DNA from: a virus
Length of the DNA stretch: 64,000 nt
Reading direction: 5' to 3' (one strand)
IMG/VR virus record: IMGVR_UViG_3300003320_000766
Shown here: piece after piece, positions 17,101 through 25,900 of the stretch
Numbering within the stretch: the first letter of the stretch is position 1
Layout: every line of letters begins with the position of its first letter
Notes under the pieces: model-generated
What the model was told of the DNA's origin: nothing
The model's database searches: none
Seen by the model: the letters and a program-made list of their open reading frames with translations, nothing else
Position numbers and translations under genes: made by a program

Positions 17101-20022
17101 GCGTGCTTGAGCTTCATTGAACGCGTATTGCACCTTTTCTTCTGAATTCATTTCAGTACCGTCATTCATTGCAGGCAGATCATTTATAATATTCTGCATG
17201 GTATTGATCATTTGAATACGACGATTCCCTTCTTCTTGAGACAATCCACCATCTTGTATGAGCTGATTTATCTCCCCCCTCATCACATCTGCGTATAAGC
17301 CCGCCTGATAGAAGGCTTCCCGTTGTAGCTTATTATTCACCCTCACATTACTAAAACCAGCACTTGCTCCCCATGGAGCCATACCTATCATAGTAGCCCA
17401 TGCCGCCTGTTGAACTCTTTGCTGCAAAGAATTCATTTCATCCTGGTTCATGTTATGCAATGCATCGATTCCATATTCACCATAAGCAGCAAATATTTCC
17501 TCCATTGTTTCCATACCAGTATTCTTTAAATATCCCTTTCCAAAAGCACGCGCAGCCTGACCGAAACGTTTAGCCCTACTTAAAGCTGATTCTGTTACAA
17601 TCTGAGATAATCCCCCTACTCCTCCTAATGATCTTTTAACAATCTCAACATCGGGGCTTATTGTTTCGCTAATGGCATTCACTAAAGCAATCTCATTTGC
17701 ATAGGATTGCGCCTCTTCTTCACTCTTTCCATCTTGAATTGCCTGAAAATATGCGGGCTGATAAGCTGTTGCATATGTAGAGCCCATTATTGACCCTAGA
17801 TTTACAATTTTACTTCTTATAGCCAGAGACGTTTGGTTTAATCCCGCTCCCAAATTAACTGCGCCTGAAAGGGCTGCACCACCACCATCCACACCAGCTG
17901 CCGTTAATGCTTCAATTCCTTCTGTTGTCGCAGCCGCTTCTCCAGCGATTGCTGCACCTCTTAATCCAAGTGCAGCGCGTCCAGCACCTGCGGTTAAATA
18001 TGTTAATGCACCCTGATAAATTATTTGCGTACCTACATCACCAAGCTGATTACCAATAGCACCAAATGACCAGTTTTGCTTTCCTGCGTTTGGATTTTCA
18101 ACATATCTTATCCTTTCTTGATTTGCCTCTAAATAATCGGCGATTGCTTTTGATTTTTCCTCATCAGCCATATCGCTGTACTTAATAGCCTTTATAGTTT
18201 CGTAATCCTGGTCATTAAAATTCAATTTATATAATGGCTCAATTGCAGCACTCGCTGCTGGTTGATACATTTCTTCTTGCTGTTGTTCCCCACGCCGTAA
18301 AGTCCTGAAATAATTTCGGCTACGGCCAATACCAAGTTCAGTTAATCCTGCCATGTTGGATAATCCTTCACCTGTATTAGCCAACATCCACTTAAACCTA
18401 TCTCCTAATTCTGCGATAGTTTTAGTAAAAATATTTCCTCCCTTTAAATCGTTCTGTAGAATATCCTTTACCATTCTCTCTCTTGATAGACTTGCATAAT
18501 CAGGATATTTTTTCTGAATATTTACATCAATAGATTGTGCATCTGCTGTTAATTTGCTATATTCTTGAATTACTGGATTAGATGCATATTCTTCCTGCTT
18601 CTGCTGCAATTGTTGTTGCAATGCCATTCTTTGATCATAAGATGTTGCGTCCTGTATAGCTTGTGTAATATTTGAAATTTGCGTCCTATAATCAGTATCA
18701 ATATTTTTTTTCTCAGGAAGTAAAGCTTGCGCACGCTGATTAATAGCCATACCATTTAATTCAATCCCCTTTTTATCTAATTGATACATCATGTATTGAT
18801 AGTCACGGTTTGTAGTATCATAAGCTTTCAAACCAAACAATTCTGGATAAGCAGCCTTTGACAACTCCATTCTCATTTGACCATACATTTCAGGATTATT
18901 TTCCTTAAAATATGTCAATCCGCTATACTGATTTGGGGATACTTTACTTTTTACTGGTTTTCCAGCAAACGATAGATCGTTTTCATATTCTTCTTTTATT
19001 TGGGGATTAGTAATCGAATATTGTTGTGCCGACATAGCATCGATCAGCATATTTAATCGAGCCTTTTCCTGACGCAAAGGAGCTACTTCCTTATCGTATT
19101 GATCGTTTATTCCGTCCCACATTCCAAAGCTTAGGGCTTCTACAGCCCTGTAGTCTATAAGAGGACTTCTTTTAACTTTCTTTTCGCCATCTTCAGTTCG
19201 TTCAGTATAGCTATACTGATTTTTCAATTTATGATCATTATATCCATAAATTGAATTAACTACATCACGGAGGGTTTTATAATCTTTATTTGCTAATGCT
19301 TCATCCACAAATGAACGAGCATCATCTATTTGGGGAATACCTTTTTCTTTTAATGATTTAACTGTTTTCTCCCTGATTTCTGTAGCCAAGTCAGTACCTT
19401 CTGGAGACGGTATTGATTCATCTGCATACCATTTACCATCTTTTTCCATCCATTTTGCCCTTCCCTGATATACTAAATCTGCTCCCTGCACCTTATGCTC
19501 ATGTTCATATATATCTGGTGTATTTGAAGCAATGAAATCGATAAGACTATCTTTTTCCTTTTGTTCATCTGTTATTGGGCGTTGGGATATATTTGCTGCT
19601 AACTCTTTTTGCTTATCGGGGCTCAGTACATATCCATTACTACGTGCGAAATCAGACCGTTGCCGTGTATTAAGATGAGCAGTTGCACCCAGGCTTTCAG
19701 CTCCCCAATTAGGGTTTCCTGACTCGTCTAATGCCCAAACAGAAGTAATCGCCTGGGGTGTACTCTGAGTAGAACTCCCAGGATTTGTACCAAGCCCAGA
19801 ATCTTGCACCCCACCATCTTTTTTTTTTACCTCTTCATTATCCGGCCCTATCGCTTGCACAAACGAATCATATGTTCCCAGGATGGAGCCAAATTGACTA
19901 TATATACCTTTTCGATACGCTTCATCAGTGCTAATAGCAGTTTTGAATCCCTCATAACTACCCAAATTAGCTTGCTTACTTAACCTTTCATATAATCCTT
20001 CAATATATACTTCGTCTGGCAT
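11170..20022 (-). CDS. Giant ejection/internal virion (cargo) protein, 2950 aa
   Basis: Position after nozzle and two smaller cargo genes; helical, with Gly/Ala hydrophobic segments and acidic low-complexity linkers; no DFDxD polymerase motif seen. Confidence 0.7.
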   Translation of the reverse strand: MPDEVYIEGLYERLSKQANLGSYEGFKTAISTDEAYRKGIYSQFGSILGTYDSFVQAIGPDNEEVKKKDGGVQDSGLGTNPGSSTQSTPQAITSVWALDESGNPNWGAESLGATAHLNTRQRSDFARSNGYVLSPDKQKELAANISQRPITDEQKEKDSLIDFIASNTPDIYEHEHKVQGADLVYQGRAKWMEKDGKWYADESIPSPEGTDLATEIREKTVKSLKEKGIPQIDDARSFVDEALANKDYKTLRDVVNSIYGYNDHKLKNQYSYTERTEDGEKKVKRSPLIDYRAVEALSFGMWDGINDQYDKEVAPLRQEKARLNMLIDAMSAQQYSITNPQIKEEYENDLSFAGKPVKSKVSPNQYSGLTYFKENNPEMYGQMRMELSKAAYPELFGLKAYDTTNRDYQYMMYQLDKKGIELNGMAINQRAQALLPEKKNIDTDYRTQISNITQAIQDATSYDQRMALQQQLQQKQEEYASNPVIQEYSKLTADAQSIDVNIQKKYPDYASLSRERMVKDILQNDLKGGNIFTKTIAELGDRFKWMLANTGEGLSNMAGLTELGIGRSRNYFRTLRRGEQQQEEMYQPAASAAIEPLYKLNFNDQDYETIKAIKYSDMADEEKSKAIADYLEANQERIRYVENPNAGKQNWSFGAIGNQLGDVGTQIIYQGALTYLTAGAGRAALGLRGAAIAGEAAATTEGIEALTAAGVDGGGAALSGAVNLGAGLNQTSLAIRSKIVNLGSIMGSTYATAYQPAYFQAIQDGKSEEEAQSYANEIALVNAISETISPDVEIVKRSLGGVGGLSQIVTESALSRAKRFGQAARAFGKGYLKNTGMETMEEIFAAYGEYGIDALHNMNQDEMNSLQQRVQQAAWATMIGMAPWGASAGFSNVRVNNKLQREAFYQAGLYADVMRGEINQLIQDGGLSQEEGNRRIQMINTMQNIINDLPAMNDGTEMNSEEKVQYAFNEAQARAYKNQAEALPEGSRRRAQLEDRQNEYYIANDKILEGSMRKPSANENTNVREEENTQTTAQSTSTPEGGEISSANETQSSENIQGSGENVQTTEATSQEQAPAPTVAYAVGSTLESPGIGEVKVISENKGIYTLEFPDGTREDFTGEEIAKDLRPVQRTPVNKEAPEVSTVEENQPTSSQQKDKGNTPVTQFVIDNVTIDDYIKANPSMTEYGREWARENEEKALKDAKIQAQNAYDYLDGKITAQEFISKGNYGSNISDEDATRYADLDTKYWADLREKNSINENISNEQPVQETSPTEGVTTVNETAPPAADQLQATEAAPIVSPVNQNENATNQIEQQGGVQQERPSGNESGQTAETGIGNSVLSEGTGQEEKGVTTTEEQATPQTSEEVATPSSEEDFNPLVYIEQEEGTPVSETGGLTDQENKDIEQMSMGDLYNGILDADPNNAVRGRINQYSKNELISIYKGAKAAQAEGSQLTPENSQAEPASRPISDVGQAVIKLNEANNLVAKRKADLEAVKDKRSAEYQARKKFYESAKNQQREAEKAYIKAMAKENAALREQKRKNVLGISPEANARADARIIANYIQMAKIYIAQGVRSLEEFASKIGETINEHMRRAWQVASDDPAPLKQEGETYKQYLKRLRAWEQKKITEAEQNNTPESASDARAQARELRLGIRKLTQGLELLKNNPDMGLKEFNSELGLDELELDTYVAVLKEMISSNDNKVTANSILKNLRQNNPKMVTATEMSLLRRQLAFMERGSKLGYQASLQEMRSVQEEVRSILKNLYDSDLLSSGTFTERDLINMGKTVSNIRNEEGLEDFSNFLQKLIDNSSVAGTLQSIKALQSRLGTLIKSNSVLTANLNRKSKVLGTSVLKALKAVNPLQIQEVLRFNAMLSNVVNSLEGKDILVESDDDIINFIDTQRQIALRERANDLKDRYINTVTLALENNTEYRVSNFLNREEFNTIVDAVMGSRELSLDGKANELKALRQAMLAFERQVEEGGNYVSIDDIYDEIKAVNNAPATSKIRNRIMPLIEAGKTFLSLALEAPDFNANEQQKEWVKSMLELNVDNMSNKELSTFKNVIDNILVNNDFSMVEAYDAKFKGQQRAKGILDFFEKTGKSISRQAFSSNVGALREALSSTDIVALAVANNDVQVAGQIYQATALGDLKAQHAQAKQLLEKTVIQPLKGIYKKYKEEGLRTYESNFKRSIYAYLAQNNYGNKDETQKEFDRRKGIVMQDIAIKSNSDEQSDREEAVALQDIFEKYFENIKSYDDLQKADILSPGERAVYNLFRTFYDTHKERFRELSESLLNRPFNDVNNYMKDSYKTLQTNITEGDLANIASSGFTPPLNMNVASNASLQRNSFNNLNNIDVTDAEGRSIGKRVINHDFDNVQIYNATSMLEDIYTLKTRMEAMEALEDRRFKEAIGSQNMKVLARNVENQVKAQMKLRKRGLNAGTAEVIAQDVAGAITKIGARMALFSVGQLIKQPADIIANTVVNLGMDAGLFIQSLLKYPPIFKGQETNANLSKLFEQSEIGLRGHTFGGTAWLNAHALSEIKNTLSRVGKNAELKDQDVLSHLIEAPDTWAAKVAWLSYYVSSLKKQGIVKSFNEVDWKQEADNINREARDYAQLMTSARLNVNSKASQSDFYARSSGGGSLTRAILLPFSSFNMNNNALLANDIATLTTNALSWKDGYRNKNLLNQKLTALRSIGSRMVAELAFQAARGALTGYVIKPLAYGLLSAIGVEPPPKKDEDFWHKVISESAMNMFFGLLGNFSIDLVAKGINKAIGDDEFIYRIKDNPNYRSNAYPGANILINPNLDNWDYMKNVLTTYTNKKGQVVATTPQEKVLLTMTAMYNIASIFGFAEGDSRRILNTAAQVVNRNKAKERGDPYWRLMNDPNSKPQIKINHKEVEWTGEQLEYYNQQRQYHLQMMKDSKWTDEYKARRATDRAKADLQKQFKGQINFKKEEK

Positions 20023-20027
20023 ATAAA

Positions 20028-21746
20028 TTATTTTTTCTTATTTTTCTGTTTTAAATATTCATCTGCATTCAAAATAAATTGTCCCGTAGACGCATTTGTA
20101 GGTACGGTGGATTGAACTGGAGAAGCGGAAACGCCAACAGGAAGCGATGGAGTAGCACCGGCATTAGCACTTCCCATTGAATTTGGATTGGCTAATTGTG
20201 GAACATTTCCTAATTCTTCATATGATGGATTTACTTTACCAGTAAGCTGCTTCATCAATCGTGATTTAGCGCCACCTAATTTAATTGCATTCTTCTCTCC
20301 TGCAATATTGTTTAACACCTGGAAGTGTTCTGCATATGGTAATACTAAATCTTTTGAAGTCCCTGTTTCCTCATCATTATATCTAATAATCACTTTTCTT
20401 GCATTTGGGTCCTGCTCATTAGTAACCCAAGCTCTGTCAGGACGAAGATAATTATCTCGCTCTATTTCCTTTCCCGTTTCTTCGTCATATACTTTCCGTG
20501 TTTTACCAGGGATAGAGTATGCATTCATCAGCCATGCATCTAAAGCAACTGGGACCCCCTGTTTCGGAGTACTTGTTTCTTTAGACAACCCATAACTACT
20601 TTGAAACTGTCCAATGTTTTCATATATTTTAGAGTTATCTTTTGCAGTAGTTGGTGGAATCCTTTCTATTTGTGCATTTTGCATATCAGGAGCACCAAAT
20701 ACAGACCTTTGCCTAACTGCGATTTCCGCTCCAAGATTGTCCCAATCTTTATCATCAAATTTTTTCTGGAATTCGAAATTTCTTCTCTGTTCTGCTGCTT
20801 GTTGAGCTATCTCACGCATCCTTAATTTATGCTGCTGCTCATTTAATGCAAATTGATTTTCATCAGCAGTTTCACTTGAACTGTTTTGATTTTTCAATGG
20901 CAGATAAACATTATCAATTGCATATTGCTCAACATCATAAGTTCCATCTGGACGTTGATATCTTGCTTTTGCTTCGGGAGTAAGTGAGTTGAATTGCCTT
21001 CCTACCGCGTCCAATATAGGTCGATCATATTCATCCGTACTTTTAAGCATGGCTCTAACCGCGTCCTTATAGGCTTGTTCTTGGTACTGGGTGCGCTCTG
21101 TTTTAGTAATAAATTTACCGGTTGTTTCTTGTTCAATGGTTTTTTGCAAAGCAGCTGCATTGGCTAACTCAGAAATTTCTTTTTGTTTAAGATCATATGC
21201 AGGAACAAAATCTATCACGTCAGATGGGTCTCTCACTCCAAGTTCACTATCATTAAATTTTCTTATTTTAGATAAAGACTCCGGCGTATTAAATCCCTTA
21301 TGTTGCTTTAAAAAATTAACCGCTTCATTACGCATTAACAAATCTTGCTTACTGGCTGCAATTTTTCCACGAAGCGCAGCTTCCTTTGCTTTCAACTGCT
21401 CCCACCTTTCTCGATTAAGCATTGGATTGGCAACAATATCATAATTATTGCTTAAATCCTTAATGAGAGAAACATATTCCGGCATTATAGATTTATAATC
21501 GTTCTCCATAATACCACTTATATCTAGCTCATTAAATGATTTGAGATTATTTTCAAGGTTTTTCTGATACATTTCTAATGCATACTTATTTGCCTGCGCT
21601 TTTGCTAAAGCGGCATTTTGTATCACTTGAACGCCTTGATAATCAGCTGGCAATTGGGCCAAGTTGCCACTTACGCCTGCTGTTCCAGCTCCAATAGCTG
21701 GATTACCACCGATGCTGGCTATTTCGCCTAATCCTGGTTCTGCCAT
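20028..21746 (-). CDS. Ejection/internal virion protein, 572 aa
   Basis: Gly/Ala-rich N-terminus, helical body, synteny. Confidence 0.6.
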   Translation of the reverse strand: MAEPGLGEIASIGGNPAIGAGTAGVSGNLAQLPADYQGVQVIQNAALAKAQANKYALEMYQKNLENNLKSFNELDISGIMENDYKSIMPEYVSLIKDLSNNYDIVANPMLNRERWEQLKAKEAALRGKIAASKQDLLMRNEAVNFLKQHKGFNTPESLSKIRKFNDSELGVRDPSDVIDFVPAYDLKQKEISELANAAALQKTIEQETTGKFITKTERTQYQEQAYKDAVRAMLKSTDEYDRPILDAVGRQFNSLTPEAKARYQRPDGTYDVEQYAIDNVYLPLKNQNSSSETADENQFALNEQQHKLRMREIAQQAAEQRRNFEFQKKFDDKDWDNLGAEIAVRQRSVFGAPDMQNAQIERIPPTTAKDNSKIYENIGQFQSSYGLSKETSTPKQGVPVALDAWLMNAYSIPGKTRKVYDEETGKEIERDNYLRPDRAWVTNEQDPNARKVIIRYNDEETGTSKDLVLPYAEHFQVLNNIAGEKNAIKLGGAKSRLMKQLTGKVNPSYEELGNVPQLANPNSMGSANAGATPSLPVGVSASPVQSTVPTNASTGQFILNADEYLKQKNKKK

Positions 21747-21757
21747 TTTATAACTTT

Positions 21758-22594
21758 TTAGCCAATGTAACCAACACGGTTATAATTAGGACCATTTAAT
21801 AATCTCGCCCTAATATAATCTTTGTAAGGGCTATTGTCATAATCTCTCATTAGATTTTCAAATTCTGGATCAGTCTGTGCGTCATTAATTGCTCCAATGG
21901 GAGCCAGATTATATGCATTGATCAATGCTGGTGAAGTTACATTTGATGAAGCCATAGTAGAGGGCGCACTTACTGTTGCATTGGGTAAAACAGTTTGAAT
22001 ACCTGTCTTACTACCAGCGCCTACCCCTCCTCCATAATTATATGAACTTGATGCTGCCGCAATAGAAGAACCAACTTGGCTTATTCCACTGTAAAGATTT
22101 TCCGTTCCTGTTTTTTGTAATGCAGCCGCCGTTGCCGCCGTATCTTTATATGGTTCATATTTATTCAACGACCATTGCATGGTCTTCTGTCCTGCCAAAT
22201 CCTTGTTTCGGTCTATTAAATATCTGATGTTAGCATTTTTCATTTCAGCATCAGTTGCCGCAACTTGTGCAAGTGATCTGTTATAATTATCAACAGCTGA
22301 AGAAATGGAATTGACGTTTCCTCCGGCTTGTAGAAGACCGTCAACACTAACGCTTAACCCACGTTCAGCATTTGTAGTATAATAATCCAGAGCCTGTTCT
22401 GTCAATCCTCTTTGCGCCATATTAGCGGCCAAATCCTGATTATTATAATATTCATCCTGAACTGTATAATCTGGCCTGACATTATTTGCAGCTAACCTAC
22501 GTCCTTCTTTTGCCTGCTTTGCACCATGGATAGCTTTAGCTGCTCCAGCAGCAGCCATAATACCAGCACCAATTAGTAATAAAGGGATTGGCAT
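21758..22594 (-). CDS. Small ejection (pilot-like) protein
   Basis: MPIPLLLIGAGIMAAAGAAKAI hydrophobic N-terminus typical of podovirus pilot proteins. Confidence 0.65.
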   Translation of the reverse strand: MPIPLLLIGAGIMAAAGAAKAIHGAKQAKEGRRLAANNVRPDYTVQDEYYNNQDLAANMAQRGLTEQALDYYTTNAERGLSVSVDGLLQAGGNVNSISSAVDNYNRSLAQVAATDAEMKNANIRYLIDRNKDLAGQKTMQWSLNKYEPYKDTAATAAALQKTGTENLYSGISQVGSSIAAASSSYNYGGGVGAGSKTGIQTVLPNATVSAPSTMASSNVTSPALINAYNLAPIGAINDAQTDPEFENLMRDYDNSPYKDYIRARLLNGPNYNRVGYIG

Positions 22595-22624
22595 ATATTG
22601 AATTTAAGATTAAAGTTAATGTTT

Positions 22625-22915
22625 TTACACGCTAAAATCATATCCCTCATTGAGCGAATTTGAAATTAATTTCAACACCTCCTCTTTCTGATTATTAAAA
22701 TGGGGACGAATTCCATAGACAACATTTTCACTATTTAACTGCACGTAATACCCCATTAACGTACCGTCAGTTGCCTCTATCCTAAAAAACCTCGCATCTC
22801 CATTCTTCATATAGTCACTCACACGCTTGGTGTACTCATCACGCTCCTGCTGACTCTTCTCAGCATAACAAGCCATTACTATTCGTCGATAATTAGATTC
22901 CCATATCTGTCTCAT
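22625..22915 (-). CDS. Small protein, possibly degenerate GNAT-like
   Basis: FRIEATDGTLMGYY..YGIRPHF; located between nozzle and cargo genes. Confidence 0.4.
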   Translation of the reverse strand: MRQIWESNYRRIVMACYAEKSQQERDEYTKRVSDYMKNGDARFFRIEATDGTLMGYYVQLNSENVVYGIRPHFNNQKEEVLKLISNSLNEGYDFSV

Positions 22916-22921
22916 GTGTTT

Positions 22922-25900
22922 TTATTTTTCGCTTCTTTCAGAACCGATTAAGCGTGTCCAGATATTATTCAACTCATTATATGCTGATTTTTTCCTTGGG
23001 TCTCTGACTAATCGCATCTTAACCCATGTTCCAAACATTCTTTTACCATCAAATAGCATTGATCTGTATTTTTTGTCGTCAACAGGGAAAGAATTCATAT
23101 CACACAAAATCTCTGCATAATATACTCCCTCTTTGTTTACGAAATAAGCTAACGGGAGATAGCTGAAACTATCACCTTCTTTCGTTGTGATCATATCTAT
23201 AAAGTATGACAACCCAGTACTTTCTACAGTAATGCTTTGGAATGTTTTTATTTTTGAGGGGTCAAAGTTTTCTACAATAGTTAATACTTGATCTATCTCT
23301 ATTCCATAAAAAGTATTGAAAGTTGATGTGGTAGTAGTATTATGGAAATATGGTATTCCATTCATAAATGTTACCAGCTCTTCTCCTGTTACACTATGTC
23401 GTAGAATTCCATATCCCTCTGGTGTAAAGCCCTCCCATCTCATCCACCTTTGTTCCGCTAAGTTAAAAGTGAACGTCTCTTGATGACTTATTTTGATTTC
23501 TCTTTCATTGTTTGTATAATGATAAGGCGACTCCGACAACCCTCTTCTCGGTCTAAAAGTAATCATATACTCTCCGTGCTTTACATCTTTCCCGGCCACA
23601 ATTTCTATTAGGTTTTCCAAATATTCTTTGCCCGGTTGAAGAGAGTTATTGTGCTGGGATACATATCTGAATTTTTCAGTAAAATATCCTGAATTTTGGA
23701 TTTCGGCTATACCAGAAGCGGTACGATAATCCATAGCGATAACATTGTTGTTTTTTCTATCAGCCCAAAAAGCCACCCCATCATCATCATATACAATCGT
23801 AGAATTATCTTCAAATTCACATCCGTAGTTAGCCCCTATTTTTTGATGAGGGTCAGACAAATTATTGTCCAAATTTGTTTGAACTAATCCCTGAGCATTC
23901 ACACGTAAGAAATTCATATTATAATCTGTCAAGAACCAGTTATTTTGGCAAATGAAAACTATAATACTCCTTTCGGCATGTACACTTACTATCCCTCCAA
24001 ACTCTTGCCCTTTGAAATCCTTCCTATTCTTTGCTCTAAATGTCCCCAGGCCATTCACCCTTCCTTCATTTACAAAATCATCTGATTTAATTGTATCATT
24101 TCCATACCATTTTTGCTCTGCTTGAGGGTCAATCGTACTGACTCTACCCGCACTTGTACATTGATTCCCCCAAAAATCTGTTATTGATTGAGATTCGAAT
24201 GGATGTGCCAACGTTTTAGCTGTACAGTCCTTAGGTCTAATTATCCTGTTTTGATAATATGTATCCCATGTCTCAAATATCCCCCCAGTAACTCCATTCA
24301 TTAGCATGCCATTTTCAACAGGATAGGTTCCACATATTTCATAATACAGTTCTTTGTTCTCGCATTTATGGGGACGCATTATCTCAATCCAGAAAGCACA
24401 TTTATCCTTCAGTTTATCCATTCTTTTATCATATTCAATAATAAAAGATTTTCCATCAGGTTGATCTTCGCCCTCGTTCACTTGTTGTCCTTCTGTAGTC
24501 TCGTTAAAATCTGTTCCTAAAATAGGATAATCCATGAATGAATTATCGGCATCGACTTTAAACAAATTGCCATTACCATCGTCATATATCCTCAGGATAT
24601 CGCCAGCTACAAATTGATACCCCACAGTAGTAGCAAAATTATTTTCTTTATTAAAATCCAATAATGACTGAACCGTTATTTTAACTCTGACAGCTTCATC
24701 TGAAGTAGTAACCTCTTCCCCTCTTGCATTTAGGAATTGTATCTTATCTCCTACCCATTGAATGTAAGAAGCCAAGTTTAAATTAGATGTTATATAAAAT
24801 GAGATATAGCGTATATATTGGGGAAGCCTAAATTCGTCATTAACTTTCCAGCTAATTACGGAAGGAGCAAATACACCTGTTTCTAAAAATGTAGGTACAT
24901 CGATATACGTTATATTATTAGCAAATGTTTGTCTTCCTGCTCCATCATGACCGACAATAGCTATTCCATATCTACCACCGCCTTTTAAGCCCCTATTTGC
25001 CGTATTAATGTACTTTGCTGTAAGGGAAATATTAATTGGATAAATTCTTTCGCCAGGACAAGAACAAGATATAGGATGTTGGTATGGAAATGTAGGTAAA
25101 CATTTACAATCCATACCAACCAATGGACAACCTCCCAGCGAATTAAATATAATTCTATCGCTTGCCTGATCACGAATATTTCCCCTGTGAACTTTTAATG
25201 TAAATTCACCTTCACCATTTGTTATAGTGGCATTTCCCCTGGTCACCACCACGCTGATTCCGCTAATGCCATTACCATCCGAATCCACTACCTTTCCTTT
25301 TACTCTCACTTCATTACAAAGCTTATAACTTCCTTTCGAACCTTTAATCGAAATATTTTGGTCAAATTGTTTTTTACCTCTCGGCCTTTTACCTGCCGTT
25401 GTTGTAAGGAAAGGATTGCTTCTGGTCGTCATTTGGCATTCATATTCTCCCCAAAACACGACCTCGGCATTATTGGCTCCTCCTCGCTGAACCGACATCC
25501 AATAAAATCCATTATGATCTGTAAAAATACCTCCTCTGATTGTCTGTGGAAAACCTTCAGTAACTACATATTGCAGCAGTTCAATTCCCTTTGCATCTAC
25601 TTCATCAGTATCTGTAATATATCCCTGAAACCACTTTTCCCTATCTACATCAATCAAAAATGGCGGCATGAAATCAAGCACCAGTTTATTATAATCTTTG
25701 AAAGTATCTACGTCTCCATCACAAGCGTTAATCACTATTTCTTTTGTGGTGAAATCCGTTCTACTTGGAGCCCACTCATTTCCGATGGTTCCTATATTGG
25801 CCTGTCCATAAATGAAAGTTGATGTTTGTTGATAATTAACATCAGTCACCTTCACTTTATGTGAAGCGACTCTAAATATATAAGTCCCTGCTGGCACTAC

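Noticed and set aside
19819-19828. A10 tract (VKKK) near the start of the giant cargo gene as a frameshift or phase-variation site
   Set aside because: The frame is intact, such runs are expected in AT-rich Lys codons, and no stimulatory structure or useful alternative frame was seen.
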